Position numbers and translations under genes: made by a program. A stretch of 64,000 nucleotides of DNA, from positions 32,001 through 96,000 of the forward strand of contig JBDRBK010000115.1 of the NCBI GenBank assembly GCA_043822705.1, read 5' to 3'. A model generated the notes under the pieces. The model did not search any database. It had not been told where the DNA came from and saw nothing but the letters and a program-made list of their open reading frames with translations. Positions 58,453 through 64,000 of the stretch are shown in pieces. This DNA comes from Fidelibacterota bacterium. Its GTDB lineage: Bacteria; Fidelibacterota; Marinisomatia; Marinisomatales; TCS56. Position 1 is the first letter of the stretch. Each line of letters begins with the position of its first letter.

Positions 58453-60567
58453 ATGATAATGAAAAATAAAAGCAATTTAGAACAAAATTTACTGGAATAT
58501 ATCAAATCCCACGCCGCCGGCAGCTTCCGCCAACGCGATCTGGTCCAGCAACTGAAAGTCGCCGAACAGGATATCAATCAACTGAGCTCCCTGCTCCAGC
58601 GCTTTACCGAGGAAGGACTGATCGGCCGCGTGAAACGGGGACTGTATAAAGTCAAGCTTGCTGAAAACGAATGGGAAGGTAAGCTGGTCGTCAACCAGAA
58701 AGGTTTCGGATTCGTAATATCCGACACCGACCGTCCCGATATTTTTGTCGGCCGACGACAGATGGGCAATGCCGTCCATGGTGACTGGGTCCGGGTGCGG
58801 GTTAAAGGCCGGTTGGCTGAATCTACCAGCGGAGCGATCGACCGGGTAATTTGGCGCGGTACCGACCGGTTCGTGGGTACCGTCTATCGGGAAAATTCCA
58901 GCGACTGGCTGGCTGTGCAGCCGCTGACACCGGCCCGGGGTATTAAAATTCTGGCCGGCGGATCGATCAAGTACACGCCCGGTTTGACGGTGGTGGCCGT
59001 GGTCAAGGACTGGGGCAGCCAGAACAGTCCCATCACGGTGGTTATTACCAAGATAATCGGCGCCGCCGGCGATCCGATGAACGACCTCGCCATAATTCTC
59101 AGCCGTTACGGATACGATACGGAATTCCCTGCCAAGGTTTTGACCCAGACCCAAGGATTCTCCGAAGCCGATGTCCGGAAGGAAAGTAAGCAACGCCAGG
59201 ATTTTCGCGATCTGTTGACTGTCACCATCGATCCCGAGACGGCCCGCGATTTCGACGACGCGCTGTCGATCGAAGAATCCGCTGACGGTTACCAACTGAG
59301 TGTGCATATCGCCGACGTCAGCCATTTCATCCCGGTCGGTTCTCCTCTTGACCGGGAAGCATTGAACCGCGGAACATCGGTGTACTTCACCGAAGGTACG
59401 GTCCCGATGTTGCCGGAAGCGCTGTCGGGCGATCTCTGTTCCCTGAAACCGGGAGTCGACCGCCTTACCCTGACGGCACGGATCAAGCTGAGCCGGAAGT
59501 TTGCGGTAACCGGTTTCGAGGTGGTTCCGGCGGTCATCAACAGCGATTACCGTTTTACCTATCGCCAGGTCCAGGAGATTCTTGATGGTCGCAGCGCTCA
59601 CCCGGTCCGCAGGCAGTTATTGCTGCTGCTGGAATTAAGCCGCTTCCTGCACCGCCAGCGCAGTGCTTGGGGCAGTATCGATTTTGATATTCCCGAGTCC
59701 ATTTTCACGCTGTCACCCGAGGGTATTCCCCGTGAAATAACCACCGGCGAACGGCTGGACAGTCACCGGCTGGTGGAAGAATGCATGTTGCTGGCCAACC
59801 GGCTGGTAGCGGAACGGATTCCCGGAAAAGCACCTAATCAGCGGCCGTTTTTATACCGCATCCACGATCAGCCGGAGAGCACCGATGTGGTGCGCCTGCT
59901 GGACCTGCTGCGCCGGCTGAAAATCTACCACGGCACCGCCACCGACGAACTGACATCGGCCCAATTGCGTGATATAATCGCCGGTGTCGAGCAGTCACCC
60001 TACAAGTATCTGGTGGAAAATATTGCTTTGCGGTCTATGACCAAGGCGGTCTATCTGCCGGTCAACCGGGGGCATTTCGGGCTGGCCTTCCGCGCCTATA
60101 CTCATTTTACCAGCCCGATCCGGCGCTACCCGGACCTGGTCGTGCACCGGTTGATCAAGCAGTACTATTTTCAGACGGAATTTTATTTGAAAGAGACCCT
60201 CCCGCCGGTTCTGAGCAGCGTCTGCGAAGCGGCCGTTCAGGCCGAACTGAAGGCGTTGCAGGCCGAGCGGGAATACACCAAGATCAAACAGTTGCGCTGG
60301 CTGCAGGAACATCTCGGCGAGACCTTCGAAGGAATTATCTCCGGCGTCATCCAGTTTGGATTTTTCGTGGAACTGGCCGATACGCTGGTGGAAGGGCTGG
60401 TGCACGTCGAGACGCTGACTGCCGATGATTTCAGTTTTGACGAGGAACATTACTGCCTGACCGGGCGGCGCAGCGAGCAGAAGTACTGTCTGGGACTGGC
60501 TGTCAGGATCAAGGTTCAGGAAGTGCTGCTGGATAAAGTGCGGGCGAATTTCATCCTGGCTGACTGA
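58453..60567 (+). CDS. rnr: Ribonuclease R
   Basis: GFGFV cold-shock domain, TIDPETARDFDDALS, HFTSPIRRYPDL, C-terminal S1 domain. Confidence 0.93.
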   Translation: MIMKNKSNLEQNLLEYIKSHAAGSFRQRDLVQQLKVAEQDINQLSSLLQRFTEEGLIGRVKRGLYKVKLAENEWEGKLVVNQKGFGFVISDTDRPDIFVGRRQMGNAVHGDWVRVRVKGRLAESTSGAIDRVIWRGTDRFVGTVYRENSSDWLAVQPLTPARGIKILAGGSIKYTPGLTVVAVVKDWGSQNSPITVVITKIIGAAGDPMNDLAIILSRYGYDTEFPAKVLTQTQGFSEADVRKESKQRQDFRDLLTVTIDPETARDFDDALSIEESADGYQLSVHIADVSHFIPVGSPLDREALNRGTSVYFTEGTVPMLPEALSGDLCSLKPGVDRLTLTARIKLSRKFAVTGFEVVPAVINSDYRFTYRQVQEILDGRSAHPVRRQLLLLLELSRFLHRQRSAWGSIDFDIPESIFTLSPEGIPREITTGERLDSHRLVEECMLLANRLVAERIPGKAPNQRPFLYRIHDQPESTDVVRLLDLLRRLKIYHGTATDELTSAQLRDIIAGVEQSPYKYLVENIALRSMTKAVYLPVNRGHFGLAFRAYTHFTSPIRRYPDLVVHRLIKQYYFQTEFYLKETLPPVLSSVCEAAVQAELKALQAEREYTKIKQLRWLQEHLGETFEGIISGVIQFGFFVELADTLVEGLVHVETLTADDFSFDEEHYCLTGRRSEQKYCLGLAVRIKVQEVLLDKVRANFILAD

Positions 60568-60675
60568 ACCGGACCAGACCTGTTCAATCTCAGACGGGCA
60601 ACTAGTGCTGCTGTTTTGATTATGATAATAAATTCATTAGCCTGAAATTCCATCGTTATTAGCGGAATTAAATCT

Positions 60676-61683
60676 ATGAAAATGCCAGTTCGGATTATTT
60701 TGATTGCCAGCGTGGTAATTATTGTCGGCGCATGTGGTTCGCTGCGCGATGCCATCGGTGACGATAATAAAATTATTGTTATTACACCCGAACCGCAGGC
60801 GGCGGCGGTCCGCCGGGCCTTGAGCACTATTTTTTCCGATACCCTGTTTACGCCGCAGCCCGAACCGCTATATGTGATTCAGACGGCCAAAGTGGAGGAA
60901 TACAACCGGTATAACACCCACGTCAATTTCATCGTGACCGGATTAGGCACCGACCCGGTCAACCCCGGCAACCGGCTGGTCAAACAACTGTTGCCGGCCG
61001 CCAGTTATGCCGCATCCAAAAACGGCGGTGAGGCGATTTACCTGAGCCATGATCAACATGCCCAAAACCAGCTTTTTCTGGTGCTGAGTGCCCGGGATGA
61101 GGAACATCTGGTCACTGAATTAATCCGCAATCGGGATTGGTTGAAAGAGCAGTTCGATGGGCTGTTCGAAATGCGTCAGGGCGAGTATCTGTTCGATAAG
61201 GTCCGCCAGGAAGCGGTGGAGAAGCGAATTTATCAGAACTTCGGCTGGGGCATGAAAATTCCCTGGGGTTTCGAAATACTCGCCGAAGATTCAATCAGGA
61301 ATTTCTTCTGGATGGGCCGCGATTTGCCGTATCGCTGGATATCGGTCCAATGGCAGGACGGGCAGCAGCTCGTCGACAGTGTCGTGGCCGGCCGCCTGGC
61401 GACCGAATACCCGGATCAGTATTATGGCAACGTGCGCTTCACCGATTACAAATTTACCGTCAAGGCTGTCGATTTCGCCGACTGGTCCGCCTGGCGTGTG
61501 ACCGGGCTCTGGGAAGAAAAGGTCGAGCCGCAGGGCGGGCCGTTCGTACACTACATTTTTTATGACGGCATTACCGACCGTACTTATCAGGTTAATTTGC
61601 TGATCTTCTTTCCCGGCAAGGATAAGGCGATCCTGATGCGGCAGTTGGACATTATCGCCCGTTCATTTTTTGTGGAACAATAA
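60676..61683 (+). CDS. DUF4837-like lipoprotein
   Basis: VGAC lipobox, TPQPEP, GLWE...GGPF, FPGKDK. Confidence 0.6.
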   Translation: MKMPVRIILIASVVIIVGACGSLRDAIGDDNKIIVITPEPQAAAVRRALSTIFSDTLFTPQPEPLYVIQTAKVEEYNRYNTHVNFIVTGLGTDPVNPGNRLVKQLLPAASYAASKNGGEAIYLSHDQHAQNQLFLVLSARDEEHLVTELIRNRDWLKEQFDGLFEMRQGEYLFDKVRQEAVEKRIYQNFGWGMKIPWGFEILAEDSIRNFFWMGRDLPYRWISVQWQDGQQLVDSVVAGRLATEYPDQYYGNVRFTDYKFTVKAVDFADWSAWRVTGLWEEKVEPQGGPFVHYIFYDGITDRTYQVNLLIFFPGKDKAILMRQLDIIARSFFVEQ

Positions 61684-61692
61684 ACTGACCAG

Positions 61693-62598
61693 ATGGCGGC
61701 CGAAGGCAAATTACCCAAAGTTTTAGTAACCGGCGCCTGCGGACAGGTGGGGGCCGATTTAATTCCGTTGCTGACGCCGGATTTGCAGGTCCTGGCCGGC
61801 GACCTGGCGTTGGTCGACAGTCTCGGCTACGACTGCCCCTGCGTCCAGCTTGATATAACCGATCCCGGCACCGTCTGTCAAACAGTGACTGACTGGCGAC
61901 CGGATGTCATCGTAAACCTGGTCGCGCTGACCAACGTCGATCAGTGCGAGCGTGAACCGCAATTGGCCCGGCGGGTTAATGTCGATGGCGTGGAAAACCT
62001 GCTGATGGTGCTGCCGGCCGGCGGGCATTTCATCCAGATTTCGACCGATTATATTTTTGACGGTGCCGCCGGTCCCTACCGGGAAACCGATCCACCCAAT
62101 CCGATCAACCAGTACGGTCTGACCAAACTTGCTGCGGAGGAATTGTTAATCGGTGGGACGATGGACTGGACGGTAATCCGGACCAACGTTGTGTTCGGGG
62201 CGTCGATTCATACCGGGGCCAGTTTTCTGAAATGGGTGGTCGATTCACTGCGCTGCGGCCAGTCGATCAAAGTGGTAGACGATCAGTGGAATAACCCGAC
62301 CTGGACGGTCGGACTGGCGGAGATGATCCGGCAGGCAATCGAAACCCGCCTGACCGGCGTCTATAATTATGCCGGCAGCGACTATCTGAACCGGCTGGAT
62401 TTCGCCCGGCTGATCGCCCGTTCCTTCGGACTTGCGGAAGACCTGATCACGCCGATCAGCACTGCTTCGCTGCGCCAGATTGCCGCCCGGCCGTTACGCG
62501 GCGGACTGGTCACCGACCGGACTGTCGCAGCGACCGGAATCCGTGCTTATTCGCTGCCGACAGCGCTCGCAACCATTCGTGCACAAGGTATATTATGA
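61693..62598 (+). CDS. rfbD: dTDP-4-dehydrorhamnose reductase
   Basis: TGACGQVG, TNVDQCE, ISTDYIFDG, YGLTK, VDDQ. Confidence 0.88.
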   Translation: MAAEGKLPKVLVTGACGQVGADLIPLLTPDLQVLAGDLALVDSLGYDCPCVQLDITDPGTVCQTVTDWRPDVIVNLVALTNVDQCEREPQLARRVNVDGVENLLMVLPAGGHFIQISTDYIFDGAAGPYRETDPPNPINQYGLTKLAAEELLIGGTMDWTVIRTNVVFGASIHTGASFLKWVVDSLRCGQSIKVVDDQWNNPTWTVGLAEMIRQAIETRLTGVYNYAGSDYLNRLDFARLIARSFGLAEDLITPISTASLRQIAARPLRGGLVTDRTVAATGIRAYSLPTALATIRAQGIL

Positions 62599-63311
62599 AG
62601 ACCCTGATCATTTCACCGACCTATAACGAACACAAGAATATTCCCAACCTGCTGGCGAAAATTTTCGTCCTTGATCCCGATTATCATCTGTTGATCGTCG
62701 ATGATAACTCTCCCGATGGTACCGGCGATCTGGTGGAGTCGCTCCGCCGGGATTATCCCAACCTCCACCTGGAACGGCGGGCGGAGAAGGGTGGACTGGG
62801 TACGGCCTATTGTCATGGGTTCCGATGGGCACTGGATCGTGATTTTGAGGTAATTGCCCAGATCGATGCCGATCTGTCCCACGATCCTAATGAAATTCCG
62901 GCGATGATCAAGAAACTTGACAATCATGATTTGGTGATCGGCAGCCGCTATTGCGATGGCATCAGTGTGGTGCGCTGGCCGCTGCGGCGGCTGGCACTCA
63001 GTTATGGCGCCAATATATATTCGCGGCTGGTCACCGGCATTCCGATTAAGGATAGTACCGCCGGTTTCAAAGTCTGGCGCCGCCTGGCGTTGGAGGCTAT
63101 CGACCTCGGTGCCGTCCAGTCGCAGGGCTATTCGTTTCAGATTGAGATGCATTTCAGGGCGGCTGTCAAGGGTTTTAGAATTGCCGAACACCCGATTATT
63201 TTCATCGACCGGACTATCGGCGAATCGAAGATGAGCCATAAAATCATGTTTGAAGCCATGTGGATGGTCTGGCGGTTGCGTTTCTGGAAACTGATCGGAA
63301 AGATAAAATAA
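62595..63311 (+). CDS. Polyprenol monophosphomannose synthase (GT2)
   Basis: PTYNE, VDDNSPDGT, GLGTAY, DADLSH, GSRY, GYSFQIE, GESKM. Confidence 0.88.
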   Translation: MKTLIISPTYNEHKNIPNLLAKIFVLDPDYHLLIVDDNSPDGTGDLVESLRRDYPNLHLERRAEKGGLGTAYCHGFRWALDRDFEVIAQIDADLSHDPNEIPAMIKKLDNHDLVIGSRYCDGISVVRWPLRRLALSYGANIYSRLVTGIPIKDSTAGFKVWRRLALEAIDLGAVQSQGYSFQIEMHFRAAVKGFRIAEHPIIFIDRTIGESKMSHKIMFEAMWMVWRLRFWKLIGKIK

Positions 63312-63318
63312 AGCCGCC

Positions 63319-64000
63319 ATGCCGACACCTGCCGTATCGGTCCTGATAGTCAGTTTTAATGTGAGGCAGTATCTGGATCAAGCATTGCGTGCTGTCCATA
63401 AATCCGATTTCGCCGGTTCCCTGGAAATCATCGTCACCGAAAATAATTCATTTGACGGGACGGCGGATTTTCTGAAAAAGAATTATCCCGACGTCAGTTT
63501 AATCACTAACGCGGTCAACGCCGGTTTTGGTCGGGCCGTCAATCAGGCCGCCCGGCGGGCAGCCGGGAATTATTTCCTGATACTCAATCCTGATACGATC
63601 ATTCAGGAAAGCACGATCGCGGTTCTGGTCGATTACCTTGAGACCAATCCCACGGTGGGAATGATCGGTCCCAAAATATTAACCGCCGACGGCAGCCTGC
63701 AACCAGCCTGCAAGCGTTCATTCCCGTCTTTGGGCGTGGCTCTGCCCAAGGCGCTGGGACTGAACCGGTTGTTCCCCCGCTCCCAATGGGCCAACCGCTA
63801 CAATCTCACCTATCTCGATCCCGACCAGGTACATCGGGTGGATGCGATCAGCGGCTCCTGCATGTTCATACGTGCCGACCTGTTCCGCACGCTGGATGGA
63901 TTCGACGAGCGTTTTTTCATGTTCGGGGAGGACCTCGATCTCTGTTACCGGGTCAACGAAGCTGGTTATGAAGTCCATTATGTGCCCGCCACCCAGATCA
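63319..64000 (+). CDS. GT2 glycosyltransferase, truncated by the window edge
   Basis: Manual translation from ATG 63319: MPTPAVSVLIVSFNV...NAGFGRAVNQA...LNPDT...GFDERFFMFGEDLDLC. Confidence 0.85.
   Translation, partial: MPTPAVSVLIVSFNVRQYLDQALRAVHKSDFAGSLEIIVTENNSFDGTADFLKKNYPDVSLITNAVNAGFGRAVNQAARRAAGNYFLILNPDTIIQESTIAVLVDYLETNPTVGMIGPKILTADGSLQPACKRSFPSLGVALPKALGLNRLFPRSQWANRYNLTYLDPDQVHRVDAISGSCMFIRADLFRTLDGFDERFFMFGEDLDLCYRVNEAGYEVHYVPATQI

Overview
64-kb bacterial chromosomal window, mostly GC-rich. Gene content (short RpoD-type sigma, DUF4837-like lipoprotein, lepA-lgt-rnr-rfbD run) suggests an FCB-group organism; this is inference only. Left (1-10.3 kb): lipase, three M3/gluzincin-type peptidases, a DAG-kinase-like gene and a sigma-70 factor. 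Middle (10.5-45.9 kb): a selenium-dependent molybdenum hydroxylase / anaerobic purine-degradation system (hydA, xdhC, yqeB, mocA, yqeC, ade, xdhA, ssnA, ygeY, ygeW-like, two PLP fold-II enzymes, Xdh small subunits, ygfK, a deaminase, a split XdhD-like enzyme). It is interrupted by an accessory block (13.9-21.6 kb) and by a Y1/HUH tnpA embedded in palindromic repeats. 45.9-48.6 kb: an AT-rich HEPN-like + DUF4238-like gene pair surrounded by several REP-like elements. Right: lepA, lgt, outer-membrane genes, rnr and glycosyltransferases. Most unusual signals: (i) a locus of GTAG palindrome, 19 x 21-bp array, structured leader, 104-aa helical ORF and a ~168-nt multibranched plus-strand RNA structure (18.5-19.6 kb); (ii) a second GTAG palindrome followed by an 18 x 22-bp array that changes motif without changing phase (48.0-48.4 kb). 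All calls come from reading the sequence by eye; no database searches were run.
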